DNA of 64,000 bases, taken from the NCBI GenBank assembly GCA_048940925.1, contig JBHLOC010000004.1, positions 1 to 64,000 of the forward strand, written 5' to 3'. Both the position numbers and the translations under genes were made by a program. Numbering within the stretch: position 1 is the first letter of the stretch; each line of letters opens with the position of its first letter. Source of the DNA: Promethearchaeota archaeon (GTDB lineage Archaea > Asgardarchaeota > Lokiarchaeia > Sigyniarchaeales > SOKP01). Shown here piece by piece: positions 1-9,698 of the stretch. A model generated the notes under the pieces. That model was not told where the DNA came from. It saw only the letters and a list, made by a program, of their open reading frames with translations, and searched no databases.

Positions 1-28
1 TAGTTCAATTTAGGTTTAAATAAAAGAA

Positions 29-244
29 GTGATGAAAAATATGGATAAATATGAAAAGCTCATAGGAGCCATTATTTTAATAGCTGTAATATCAAGTGTG
101 ACATATTTTATAGCTATTATTGTTGGAATTATTACTACAGATTTTCCGTTTTTTATTTTTATCCCCAGTTGGGGGATAATTTGTATTCCTATTATCACTC
201 AGAAAAGATTAGAAGAAAAAAGGAAACAAGAGATATTTAAATAA
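29..244 (+). CDS. small two-TM membrane protein
   Basis: 71-aa ORF with two hydrophobic segments and a basic C-terminus, co-oriented with the ABC genes. Confidence 0.55.
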   Translation: MMKNMDKYEKLIGAIILIAVISSVTYFIAIIVGIITTDFPFFIFIPSWGIICIPIITQKRLEEKRKQEIFK

Positions 245-266
245 TAAATAGAAAAGTAAGAAGAAA

Positions 267-458
267 ATGTTGATTAAAAGAAGGAAAGAAATGATGCTTG
301 CTATCGGCATGTTTTCACTAGTAATTATGGTAGTATTAAGACTAATTAATTGGGGAGTCCCGATCATAGACTTTTTTGAAGGTCTTTTTACAGGGCTTTC
401 CCTTACTACAAATTTAACGTATTTAATCATTTATTCTAAAGAAAAAAACACAAATTAA
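267..458 (+). CDS. small two-TM membrane protein
   Basis: 63-aa ORF with two hydrophobic helices (…DFFEGLFTGLSL…), directly upstream of the ABC ATPase. Confidence 0.6.
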   Translation: MLIKRRKEMMLAIGMFSLVIMVVLRLINWGVPIIDFFEGLFTGLSLTTNLTYLIIYSKEKNTN

Positions 459-496
459 ATTATAAATAAAAAAAACAAAAAAAGAGGTAAACAAAT

Positions 497-1336
497 ATGA
501 GTAAAGCATACGCAATAAGAGTTCAAAATCTTAGCAAGAATTTTGGTAATATTCAAGCGGTAAACAAACTAAATTTACAAATTCCTTATGGAAAAACTTA
601 CGGATTATTAGGACCGAATGGTGCAGGGAAAACTACAACAGTCAGGATGCTCAATGCGATAATTTCTAAAACTTCAGGAAACGCATCAGTAGGAGGATAT
701 GATATTGTAGCAGAAAGTCAGAAAGTTAAGATGATTTGTGGGTTTTTACCAGAATCACCTGGGTTATACTCAAAACTCACAGCACGAGAATTCTTAGAGT
801 TTATCGGAGAGTTATATTACTTACCAAAGGACGTGATTTCAGCTCGTATTGATGAATTATTAGAGATATTTGATTTAGAAGGTCGAGAGAACGATCTTTT
901 AGAGGGTTATTCTAGAGGTATGAAACAGAAAGTCTGTTTATGTGCGGCATTGATCCAAGATCCAGAAATACTCTTTTTAGACGAACCTACTTCAAATCTA
1001 GACCCTGCTGCAGCCAGAATGGTAAAAGATCTTATCTCGGTGCTAGCAAAAAAAGCAGATAAGACTGTTTTCATTTGTACCCATCTTCTTGATACAGCAG
1101 AAGAACTTTGTGATGTAATTGGTATTATCATTAATGGGGAATTAAAAGCTGAAGGTACTCCTAGAGAAATCATTGAATCTGTTGGTGCTAAAGATTTGGA
1201 AGATGCTTATTTGAAAATTACTGGGGCATCACATATCGATGATTTATTAGCGTGGAGAAATGAATACATCAATAATAATGAACACAATTACAATGAAAAG
1301 AGATATAAGAAAAAGAAAAGCAAGAAATCGAGGTAG
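497..1336 (+). CDS. ABC-2 type transporter ATP-binding protein
   Basis: Walker A GPNGAGKTT, signature YSRGMKQ, Walker B LFLDEPT, H-loop CTH; GAGG upstream. Confidence 0.95.
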   Translation: MSKAYAIRVQNLSKNFGNIQAVNKLNLQIPYGKTYGLLGPNGAGKTTTVRMLNAIISKTSGNASVGGYDIVAESQKVKMICGFLPESPGLYSKLTAREFLEFIGELYYLPKDVISARIDELLEIFDLEGRENDLLEGYSRGMKQKVCLCAALIQDPEILFLDEPTSNLDPAAARMVKDLISVLAKKADKTVFICTHLLDTAEELCDVIGIIINGELKAEGTPREIIESVGAKDLEDAYLKITGASHIDDLLAWRNEYINNNEHNYNEKRYKKKKSKKSR

Positions 1337-1343
1337 ATTTGAA

Positions 1344-3026
1344 ATGACCGTTTTAACAACCGAAAAAAAGTTTGATTTATCCATTAAGGATATTCTGGAG
1401 GATAAATTAACTGAGACAAAATCAATGAAAAAAAGTCTGTGGAAAATAATTGCGAAGAATGAGATAAGACTCAGAACAAGTTGGACAAGAAATCATAGAA
1501 TATTATTTTTCGTTGTATTATATGGAGTTTTAGGACTATGGGCTTTCATCTTTGCTCCCCTTCTTTTTGATTTGTTTATACCAACATTAGCCTCTCAATT
1601 CTCCGATGTTTTCAAACCTGTTGTCGCAATACTAATCGAGTCTTTTATGATGACATTGTTTTTAATACTGATAGTGTATCCTTTAAATAATATTTATAAG
1701 GGGGAAGATGAGTTAGGATCCAAAGAAACATTGCTAGCTACACCTGTTAAAGTCAATGATATATTCCTTGGCGAATTTTTAGGAAAAGCTCCAATTTATA
1801 CAATAGCTGTTTTAATTTTTGCTCCAATTGTAATTGGAATGGTAAATCCTATTGTTGATTTAACATTTGTTCAATACCTTGTAATTTATGGAACTATTTT
1901 CGTTTTTGTATATTTTGCTAATTTAGTCGGCTCAATTATGGTAAGTTGGATTGAACATAAAATTTCTAAAAGCGAAAAAGCAAGGGAACTAGGGAAGATA
2001 TTAATATGGATTATAACAATTGCTATGGTAGCAACAATGTATGCAGTGATGTTTTTCCTAAATGAATTAATGGCACATCCAGAACTAAAAAATTGGTTGG
2101 CATTTTACCCATCTCTTTGGTTCTCAAATATTATCTTATATAGTATCGATGCAACTTTGATTGAACCATTCATTTTAAATATATGGATTAATATTCTACT
2201 GGCAACTGGCGTCCCTGTCGCAACATTATATATTTCATACAAAAAAGCTGAATCATTTTATACTTTAGAAGGTGGTATTGAAAAAAGTAGCATAACTATT
2301 GTTAAACATGAAAATATATTTTACAGATTCATAAGATTAGTCTCTGGACATAAATATGGAAGCTTGACCGTCATGCAATTAAAGAGATTTTTCAGGAAAA
2401 AGTCGAATATTGCTAGAATTGCATATGTAGTCGGCCTTCTTGGATTTATGACTTGGTTTATGTCAAGAATGGATGAGGATGGAGAAGCATTAATTATGAC
2501 TTCATCAATGTTAATTATGTTAGGAGGGGCAATGTCAAGCATAATATTAGGACATCTTATTTTCATCGATTCAAAGGATATCGTCTGGGTGTACAAGAGA
2601 TCGCCACGGGGTATAAAAGGAGCTGTAAATTCCTATTTGATAATGATGTTTATACTTAGTATTATTATAACCATATTCACTACGATATTACGTTCATTCT
2701 TCATTACTATTGATATCATCGAGACCTTGATTTTCTTTTTCCTATTCCTAGCAAATATGGAGATTTGTATGCTCCAAGCAGTAGGTTTACAATGTAGATC
2801 ACCTGCCTTTGGAGAAAAAGATTCAAATATGAAAGGAAATGCAATGATCTCAATGCTGATAATGCAACCTGTAATATTTGCGCCTATGTTTCTGCTAATC
2901 GTATTACATCCAAATTCAATGGTGCTAGCTAGACTTATTTTATTAGGACCAGTATTTCTCTATAATCTTGCTATCGGTATTCCACTGATGTATATTGGCA
3001 TGAAAAAATTGAATAAATTGGAATAA
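1344..3026 (+). CDS. ABC exporter permease (multi-TM, two-half type)
   Basis: About 12-14 TM segments, follows the ABC ATPase; ATG at 1344 after GAGG is preferred over the overlapping 1260 start. Confidence 0.8.
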   Translation: MTVLTTEKKFDLSIKDILEDKLTETKSMKKSLWKIIAKNEIRLRTSWTRNHRILFFVVLYGVLGLWAFIFAPLLFDLFIPTLASQFSDVFKPVVAILIESFMMTLFLILIVYPLNNIYKGEDELGSKETLLATPVKVNDIFLGEFLGKAPIYTIAVLIFAPIVIGMVNPIVDLTFVQYLVIYGTIFVFVYFANLVGSIMVSWIEHKISKSEKARELGKILIWIITIAMVATMYAVMFFLNELMAHPELKNWLAFYPSLWFSNIILYSIDATLIEPFILNIWINILLATGVPVATLYISYKKAESFYTLEGGIEKSSITIVKHENIFYRFIRLVSGHKYGSLTVMQLKRFFRKKSNIARIAYVVGLLGFMTWFMSRMDEDGEALIMTSSMLIMLGGAMSSIILGHLIFIDSKDIVWVYKRSPRGIKGAVNSYLIMMFILSIIITIFTTILRSFFITIDIIETLIFFFLFLANMEICMLQAVGLQCRSPAFGEKDSNMKGNAMISMLIMQPVIFAPMFLLIVLHPNSMVLARLILLGPVFLYNLAIGIPLMYIGMKKLNKLE

Positions 3027-3053
3027 TAATCTCTAAGCTGAAAAATATATACA

Positions 3054-3073
3054 ATTTTTTTTCTTTTTTTTTT
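3054..3073 (+). terminator. oligo-T archaeal terminator candidate
   Basis: Near-pure T run about 30 nt after the permease stop. Confidence 0.45.
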
Positions 3074-3126
3074 GGTATGTTATCAATTAAAGAATAAACA
3101 AAAATAAATGAAAGGAGGAGAAATAA

Positions 3127-3225
3127 ATGAACAAGGTATTACTTTTAAGAATCATATTATTTATTGCATTTTCGGCAATATTTATAATATTTCTTATGAT
3201 GTTCTTAAATAATACATCTTTTTAG
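3127..3225 (+). CDS. 32-aa single-TM micropeptide
   Basis: MNKVLLLRIILFIAFSAIFIIFLMMFLNNTSF, with strong SD AAAGGAGGAG at 3111-3120; below the ORF-track cutoff. Confidence 0.55.
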   Translation: MNKVLLLRIILFIAFSAIFIIFLMMFLNNTSF

Positions 3226-3232
3226 TTTTAAG

Positions 3233-3883
3233 GTGAAAAAAATACCAGAAAATATTGATTTAAAGGAAATTGAAAAAAAAACATGGAGATCTACACTTCA
3301 AGATGGAATTTTAGATATTTATTTTGGTATATTAATTTTAGGAATTGGTATGGGCATGACCTTAAGTCATATTTTACCTGATCCTTTAGATATGATATCA
3401 GTAGCAATCTTTCTTGGAATTGGGCTAACTTTTTTTATTTTAGGGAAAAATTATATTACCAAACCTCGACTTGGATTTGTTAAATTTGGATTTCAACAAA
3501 AAGCTCGCAAGATTAAGACTATTATAATACTATCTATTAATTTTTTTGCAATATTAATTATTAATTTAATAAGGTTTACAAATCCAGACTCAATCCTTAG
3601 ATTTCCAGGAATTTTAGATGGACTAATAATTGGCTTATTATTCTTAACAGCTCCCTTATTCTTTGTTGCTTATATCTTGCAATTTCCCCGATTATATTTT
3701 TACGCGATTTTGTTTGGGATAAGTTTCTTTTTGTCTGAATTATTTGCAATTTTTATACCAGAACCTTTAGACACGTTAATAACATTCAGTATTATAAGCG
3801 GTGTTGTTATATTTGTGGGAGTTATATTTTTGATTAAATTCATTCGAAAATATCCAATACCAAAAGAGGAGATGACTGAATAG
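3233..3883 (+). CDS. six-TM membrane protein, paralogue 1
   Basis: Shared motifs IDLKxIEKK…DG(I/F)xD…PRxGFVK…PRLY…FI(R)KYP with the next two genes. Confidence 0.8.
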   Translation: MKKIPENIDLKEIEKKTWRSTLQDGILDIYFGILILGIGMGMTLSHILPDPLDMISVAIFLGIGLTFFILGKNYITKPRLGFVKFGFQQKARKIKTIIILSINFFAILIINLIRFTNPDSILRFPGILDGLIIGLLFLTAPLFFVAYILQFPRLYFYAILFGISFFLSELFAIFIPEPLDTLITFSIISGVVIFVGVIFLIKFIRKYPIPKEEMTE

Positions 3884-4522
3884 ATGTCAGAACATATTGA
3901 TTTAAAGACTATTGAGAAAAACGTTCTTAAAACAGCTCATCAACATGGTTTTCTTGATATGATATTTGGTTTTGTATTAGGAGGAATGGCATTTGGTCCT
4001 ATTTTCCGTGAGAGTTTACCTGCGCCATATAAATATTTTCTATGGCCACTAATTCTTATTATTATAGCAAGTATATTGGTTTTCACTGTTGTTAAATACA
4101 TTATTCAACCTAGAATGGGATTTGTTAAACCCGGTCCGTCGCTAAGATCCACTAAAAAGAAGTTACTCATAGTTGTCTTAATTAATTTTATAATATTATT
4201 AGTTTTTTTCATTTTACCATTGATTGGTATAGGTTTGGGGATACAAGTAGGAGGAATTGTTTTTCTATTACTTATTGGCTTGTTTTTTATGCCTGTTTTC
4301 ATTGTAATTGCTTATTTACTTAAATACCCAAGATTATATTTGATAGGAATGCTAATATGGCTTGCTATTTTCATCAATGAACTATTATATACTTCTTTGG
4401 ATTATAGAATTAGATGGTTTTTCTCATTTGGGATTATTGGAAGCATCATTTTTATTATGGGATCAGTAATTTTTATACGTTTTCTTAAAAAATATCCACT
4501 TTTAAAAAAGGAGATGCCATAG
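3884..4522 (+). CDS. six-TM membrane protein, paralogue 2
   Basis: Same motifs as 3233..3883; directly abutting it. Confidence 0.8.
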   Translation: MSEHIDLKTIEKNVLKTAHQHGFLDMIFGFVLGGMAFGPIFRESLPAPYKYFLWPLILIIIASILVFTVVKYIIQPRMGFVKPGPSLRSTKKKLLIVVLINFIILLVFFILPLIGIGLGIQVGGIVFLLLIGLFFMPVFIVIAYLLKYPRLYLIGMLIWLAIFINELLYTSLDYRIRWFFSFGIIGSIIFIMGSVIFIRFLKKYPLLKKEMP

Positions 4523-4525
4523 ATC

Positions 4526-5191
4526 ATGCCAGAAGATATTGATTTAACTGTACTCGAAAAAAAAGTGTACCAACGTTATTTTGAAGACGGTATTTGGGAC
4601 TTATTTCTTGGAATGATTATTTTTAGTTTAGGATTTGCACCACTTTTTAGTTTATTTATCAATATTCCTGATCCTTGGAATTATATATTCCCAGCGTTAG
4701 GAGTGAACATTCTTGCTTTGTTGATATTTTTTTTCGGTAAAAAGTATATTACAGTTCCACGTATAGGATTTGTAAAATTTGGACCAAAGCGTAAGGCAAA
4801 ACAAAAAAAATTGAGACTGTTTCTATTCATTGTATTTATTATAAACATTATCCTAATCATTCTGCCTATAACTGGGATATCAAGTCATATTCAGATTGAA
4901 CAATATATTCTAAGTCTTTTAATTGGATTCGGAGCTTTTACGTTACCTTTTTGTGTAGTTGCATATTTTTTAGATTTCACTAGGTTATATTATTATGCTT
5001 TCTCCATAGGATTAGGATTTTTTTTAACTGAATTACTAGCATCAACTTTTGGAGGTCCTTTTAATATGAGTCTCATCTTTTGCGGCATTGGAGGGATAAT
5101 ACTAATAATTGGTTTGATTTACTTCATTCGTTTCTTAAAACAAAATCCTCTACCAAAAGACATCCCAAAACAGGAGGTGGCAGATGGCTAA
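4526..5191 (+). CDS. six-TM membrane protein, paralogue 3
   Basis: Same motifs; overlaps the start of the wHTH gene. Confidence 0.8.
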   Translation: MPEDIDLTVLEKKVYQRYFEDGIWDLFLGMIIFSLGFAPLFSLFINIPDPWNYIFPALGVNILALLIFFFGKKYITVPRIGFVKFGPKRKAKQKKLRLFLFIVFIINIILIILPITGISSHIQIEQYILSLLIGFGAFTLPFCVVAYFLDFTRLYYYAFSIGLGFFLTELLASTFGGPFNMSLIFCGIGGIILIIGLIYFIRFLKQNPLPKDIPKQEVADG

Positions 5192-5516
5192 GGACGCAAG
5201 AAAAATTAGTGATGATATTCCGTCTCCTACAGAAATAGATAAGATAATACATGAGCCTGCTCGCCTGATGATTATGTCTTATCTCTATGTAGTGGAAGGA
5301 GCTGATTTTATTTTCTTAAAAAATCAAACTGGTCTAACTTGGGGAAATTTATCTTCACATATTACTAAGCTCGAAGATGCTGGTTATGTGAATGTAAAAA
5401 AAGAATTTGTTGGTAAGAAGACTCGCACCCTTCTTAGTCTAACGGATGTTGGTAGAGATGCGTTTCGAGATTATAGACAAAAAATGGACGATTTCCTTAA
5501 AGGTTTACCTAAATAG
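5184..5516 (+). CDS. winged-helix transcriptional regulator (MarR/ArsR-like, HTH_34 type)
   Basis: IHEPARLMIMSYL…LTWGNLSSHITKLEDAGYV…GRDAF. Confidence 0.9.
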   Translation: MAKDARKISDDIPSPTEIDKIIHEPARLMIMSYLYVVEGADFIFLKNQTGLTWGNLSSHITKLEDAGYVNVKKEFVGKKTRTLLSLTDVGRDAFRDYRQKMDDFLKGLPK

Positions 5517-5518
5517 AC

Positions 5519-5673
5519 TTAGTTAAAAAAATAAAAATAAAAAAATTTAAAATATGAATAATTTGAATTCTTAAAAAATTTAACAACATTCACCATGTTC
5601 ATGGTTATGATCATGCCCACAACTACACGTATTGGGTGGATCTGGCTCACAATTAGTATCAACAATTTTAATT
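5519..5673. repeat. 155-bp direct repeat, copy 1 (orphan slyD 3' end plus downstream A/T tract)
   Basis: Matches 7051..7205 with 2 mismatches (5637, 5646). Confidence 0.95.
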
Positions 5674-5835
5674 GAGTTACTTAATCCAATTGTAGGCTCT
5701 TTTCTGGCTCCTATTCTAACTTTAGGTGCGACTGGAGGGATTATAGTAATAATAGGATTGTATTACTTTATTCATTTCTTAAACCAATATCCTTTGCCAA
5801 AAGAATTACAAGAGAGAGATGTGGAGGATGGTTGA
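5674..5835 (+). pseudogene. 3' remnant of a six-TM membrane paralogue
   Basis: ELLNPIVG…GGIIVIIGLYYFIHFLNQYPLPKE…EDG aligns with the C-terminus of 4526..5191; 5' part replaced by the slyD fragment. Confidence 0.8.
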
Positions 5836-6181
5836 AAAAGAAAAAAACAAAAACAGCGACAGCCTCACGCCTCCTACGATAGATAAAGTAATACATGAAC
5901 TTGTTCGCCTATTAATCGTGTCTATATTATTTGTAGTAGAAAGCGCAGACTTCCTTTTTTTAAAAAACCAAACAGGGTTAACATGGGGCAATTTATCTTC
6001 ACATATTACTAAGCTCGAAGATGCTGGTTATGTAAATGTCAAAAAAGAGTTTGTTAAAAAGAAGACCCGTACCTTACTTAGTCTTACTGATGCTGGCAAA
6101 GAGGCATTTCGACAATACAAAAGAAACATTGAAGAAATAGAGGAGTATGCTAGAAAAATTAGTAAAGCTGAATCAAAATAG
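5828..6181 (+). CDS. winged-helix transcriptional regulator, second copy
   Basis: Close paralogue of 5184..5516 (identical FLKNQTGLTWGNLSSHITKLEDAGYVNVKKEFV); GGAGG before ATG 5828. Confidence 0.88.
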   Translation: MVEKEKNKNSDSLTPPTIDKVIHELVRLLIVSILFVVESADFLFLKNQTGLTWGNLSSHITKLEDAGYVNVKKEFVKKKTRTLLSLTDAGKEAFRQYKRNIEEIEEYARKISKAESK

Positions 6182-6199
6182 ATAAAATAGATAAAATCT

Positions 6200-6907
6200 C
6201 TACATTAATGCACTGAACATCATTTCTAAATCATCATCATTATATTGAAAATCAAGTTCAATTGAAAATGGTCTTCCAAACTTAACCCCTATAAATGAGT
6301 CTCCTAGATCATGTCGAAGTACACCATAAAAATCTGATACAGGGACTTTTCGTAAGGCAAATTCTAAAGCATAGATTAATTCATCGAGCTCCTTTCTAGA
6401 AAAATCAAAAGGATTAAAATTTATTTCAGAACTAAAATCATTAGGAAAAATATCGTTTCCCAATTCATCAATATAAGAATCCCACCCTCCCAATGCGAAT
6501 CCTGACTGACCATAATAAAAAGAAGCAGGAAATCTTTTATCATTAGGAGTCCTAATAAATACCCAAGAATCAAATAGGATCTCCCCCAAATCTCTTCCAA
6601 ATTTAAGATTAGGAATAAGAGTCTTCAATGAACCTGCAAGGAGTATATCAGACTTATCCTCTTGAATTAAAAATTTGACTAGATCTTCCTTTCTATCTCT
6701 AAGGAAATGCCAAGGAGTCTTTATTTTTCTATGAAAACTTACCGTACAAAATTTACTGCTTTCTATAGTAACTATAAAAGACTCTTTTGAATTAAAAGGA
6801 TCTCTAAATACGAACCCATAACCATTACTTCCAACCGCACCTTCTTCTATATGATCTATACCTTCAGAGGCTTTAATAACTAAGTCTAATAATTCTAAAA
6901 TGTCCAT
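6200..6907 (-). CDS. hypothetical protein
   Basis: 235-aa ORF with no recognised motif. Confidence 0.6.
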   Translation of the reverse strand: MDILELLDLVIKASEGIDHIEEGAVGSNGYGFVFRDPFNSKESFIVTIESSKFCTVSFHRKIKTPWHFLRDRKEDLVKFLIQEDKSDILLAGSLKTLIPNLKFGRDLGEILFDSWVFIRTPNDKRFPASFYYGQSGFALGGWDSYIDELGNDIFPNDFSSEINFNPFDFSRKELDELIYALEFALRKVPVSDFYGVLRHDLGDSFIGVKFGRPFSIELDFQYNDDDLEMMFSALM

Positions 6908-7050
6908 CTCTAAAATAAAAGAAAAAATTTAAATATTTAAATTGGAATAAGTTGAAATTTTTTGATACTAATCATCACTAATAAAGAAAATCAATTAAAC
7001 AAAGCTGAGATGGTCTATTTGCTATAATATCCCTTGCTTTCTCAGAAGCA

Positions 7051-7205
7051 TTAGTTAAAAAAATAAAAATAAAAAAATTTAAAATATGAATAATTTGAAT
7101 TCTTAAAAAATTTAACAACATTCACCATGTTCATGGTTATGATCATGCCCACAACTACACGTATTGGGCGGATCTGGTTCACAATTAGTATCAACAATTT
7201 TAATT
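7051..7205. repeat. 155-bp direct repeat, copy 2 (3' end of intact slyD)
   Basis: Matches 5519..5673. Confidence 0.95.
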
Positions 7206-7618
7206 TTAAAGTTTAAAACCTTGCCTGCCATTGGATGATTTAGGTCAATAATAACATTATCATCTTCGATTGTTTTTATTGTGGCAAGCATTGGACCTTG
7301 TGGTCCCATAATCATCAACATCAAACCTGGTTCGAGCTCAGGACCTTTAGGAAATTGATCTTTTGGAACTTTTTGAATAATCCCTTCCTTGTAGTCACCA
7401 TAGGCTTCTGAAGGTTCGAGTCTGATAGTGTATTCATCACCAAGTTTTTTATCTATAACAGAGTCATCAAATCCTTTAACAATTTGCCCCATTCCCACTT
7501 GAAATTTTAAAGGGCTTCCTCCACTTAATTCTGTGCTATCAAAAACTGTCCCATCTTCAAAAGTTCCTATGTATTCGACTTTAATCCATTCTCCTTTTTT
7601 TACCGCCATTTTCATCAA
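7112..7618 (-). CDS. slyD: FKBP-type peptidyl-prolyl isomerase with His/Cys-rich tail
   Basis: Y.G…DGTVFDS…G.GQIVKGFD…EAYG…DLNHPMAGK.L.F; tail CSCGHDHNHEHGECC. Confidence 0.92.
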   Translation of the reverse strand: MMKMAVKKGEWIKVEYIGTFEDGTVFDSTELSGGSPLKFQVGMGQIVKGFDDSVIDKKLGDEYTIRLEPSEAYGDYKEGIIQKVPKDQFPKGPELEPGLMLMIMGPQGPMLATIKTIEDDNVIIDLNHPMAGKVLNFKIKIVDTNCEPDPPNTCSCGHDHNHEHGECC

Positions 7619-7709
7619 ATTTTAAATTATTAAAAAAATAATGAATTGATGACTTAATAGTTAATTGATTATAATTTAATAATTTTCTATAAAAGATAGA
7701 ACCTGAAAG

Positions 7710-8486
7710 ATGATAAAAAAAATGGTAAAAATTATTGATATTAACGAGAAGAATATTGATGAACAAGAATTATTTTGTAAAAAAACCAGGAAGAAACTAA
7801 ATGGTTATCAGAATAAGCTCAAGTGGATTAAAGAACGCTTTAAGGAAGGTTTAAAATATAAATTACTTATAGTAAAGCAAGGAAATAGGGAAACTTCACG
7901 TGGAATGATCGAATATATCCCCGGTGAATATAACTGGAGGGGTATTGACGCAGATTGCTGGATGGTCATCCATTGTTTATGGGTAGTGGGTAAAGTAAAA
8001 GAGCATGGTTATGGTTCCCATCTTTTAAAATTAGCAATTAAAGATGCGAAAGAAGCAGAGATGCATGGTATTGTTGGAATGACCGCAGAAAAAGGTGGAT
8101 GGCTTCCAAACAGAAAATTGTACGAGAACCATGGATTTGAAAAAGTAGACGAAATAGAACCATATTTCGCCCTATATGCTAAATTTTTTTCTGTTGATGC
8201 ACCCAAACCAAAATTTCATCCAATGTCAGAAGAGAAGAAAAAGGAATATGAGAACGGAGTCACAATTTTCTATACAGACCAGTGTCCTTATCCTGTAGAT
8301 TTAGTAGATGAATTGAAAAAGGAACCAAATGGCAATAAAATTAATACAATCAAATTGAATAATTGCAAGGAAGCCCAAGAAAATGGTGTTTATCCTTATG
8401 GTACTTATTGCATTATATGTAATGGAAATATATCATTATATAAACATGCTACAAAGAAAGAGATTCAAGCAATTATAAGTAAATAA
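7710..8486 (+). CDS. GNAT acetyltransferase with YoaP-like C-terminal domain
   Basis: GMIEYIPGEY.WR, IHCLWV, GYGSHLL, YTDQCPY, EAQ…PYG. Confidence 0.85.
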   Translation: MIKKMVKIIDINEKNIDEQELFCKKTRKKLNGYQNKLKWIKERFKEGLKYKLLIVKQGNRETSRGMIEYIPGEYNWRGIDADCWMVIHCLWVVGKVKEHGYGSHLLKLAIKDAKEAEMHGIVGMTAEKGGWLPNRKLYENHGFEKVDEIEPYFALYAKFFSVDAPKPKFHPMSEEKKKEYENGVTIFYTDQCPYPVDLVDELKKEPNGNKINTIKLNNCKEAQENGVYPYGTYCIICNGNISLYKHATKKEIQAIISK

Positions 8487-8648
8487 TTATATTTTGAAGG
8501 TACATTGAGTTTGATTATCGAATAGTTAACTCAAGCTACTTTCAAAATTACAACCTTTAACAAGGTAATTTATATTGATCCTAGCTAATTTGATATTAAT
8601 TAATAAATTAAAAGAAAGATTTTTATCAGTTAAAATTAACCAAAAACT

Positions 8649-9128
8649 ATGAAAGCATTAATTATATATTTCACAATGGGTGGACGAACAAAAAAAACAG
8701 CAGAGGCTATAGCAAGCGCTCTTACTAATTATGAAGTGACTTACTTTCCAATAGAATTAAAGGGAAAATTCATCGATAAGTTAAAAATACTAGATAAATT
8801 CGAGCATAAAGATTTTTCATCAATCGAAACTGATTTAAATACTCTTGATGCTTTAACTTATGATTTAATTTTCATTGGTATGCCCACTTATGGAAATTTT
8901 CCACCAAAAGTTTTTGATGAAATCTTAGTTAGAATGAAAAATCTTAGTGGAAAAAGAGCATTTGTATTCAATACAGCTCGCTTTTCTGGTGGAAAATCAC
9001 TTGATTATATGAAAGTTAAGGTTGAAGAAGCAGGCGCCCAAGTAATCAACCAAGCCAAATTCAGAAAATTATTCTGGATTGGGGTAAAGGATGCGATTAA
9101 ATTTGGTGAAAAAGTAAACAAAAGTTAA
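8649..9128 (+). CDS. flavodoxin-like protein
   Basis: IIYFTMGGRTKKTAEAI, IFIGMPTYG, FVFNT. Confidence 0.85.
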   Translation: MKALIIYFTMGGRTKKTAEAIASALTNYEVTYFPIELKGKFIDKLKILDKFEHKDFSSIETDLNTLDALTYDLIFIGMPTYGNFPPKVFDEILVRMKNLSGKRAFVFNTARFSGGKSLDYMKVKVEEAGAQVINQAKFRKLFWIGVKDAIKFGEKVNKS

Positions 9129-9152
9129 GAGGATGTAATAGAAAAATAAATT

Positions 9153-9563
9153 TTAATCTTGTTTAGCTCCACATGCATTACAATAACTAGCACTTTCTGG
9201 AATGACTTCACCGCAGAATTTACAATAATTTTTACCTGTAATTTGTTCAGCGTTTATAGAAGCGATTTCTTGAGGTTTGATCTGTTTAAATGGTAGGTTT
9301 TCAGGTAATCTTATCATTGCGGCAAAATTTCCGCAATCCGGACATGATACTTTGCCTTTTTTTCCAAGATTATAAGTTTTTCTAGGACCTTGCCCTGTTA
9401 CTTGTCCCATACAAGATCCACACCAGACTTTTTTACAAGTATGGCATACAAAGAATTGGTTAATCCAATTATCACCTGAATATCTTTTATCATTAGTATA
9501 TCTTCCGCAAATTACACAAAAATAGTCAGAGGGTATCCTTTCTTTTTTCTTTCTTCTCAGCAT
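9153..9563 (-). CDS. Cys-rich zinc-finger protein with C-terminal zinc ribbon
   Basis: CxxC…CxxCx4CxxC…CxxC followed by CKFCG…CNACG. Confidence 0.8.
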   Translation of the reverse strand: MLRRKKKERIPSDYFCVICGRYTNDKRYSGDNWINQFFVCHTCKKVWCGSCMGQVTGQGPRKTYNLGKKGKVSCPDCGNFAAMIRLPENLPFKQIKPQEIASINAEQITGKNYCKFCGEVIPESASYCNACGAKQD

Positions 9564-9698
9564 AATACTTGTTTCTTTAAATCCTTAATATTAATACAAA
9601 CTAATACTATAAATAATTAATTAATTATACTTCTAAAATTGTTTATCTGAGATAAAAAGAAAAAAAAATTTAAATTATATCTATAATCAATATCTTAT

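Noticed and set aside
1260-1343. Long N-terminal extension of the ABC permease
   Set aside because: Overlaps the ATPase by 77 nt; ATG 1344 has an SD and no overlap.
5632-5673. 68-codon ORF 5632..5835 as a real gene
   Set aside because: Its 5' part is antisense slyD sequence from the repeat; only 5674..5835 is a gene remnant.
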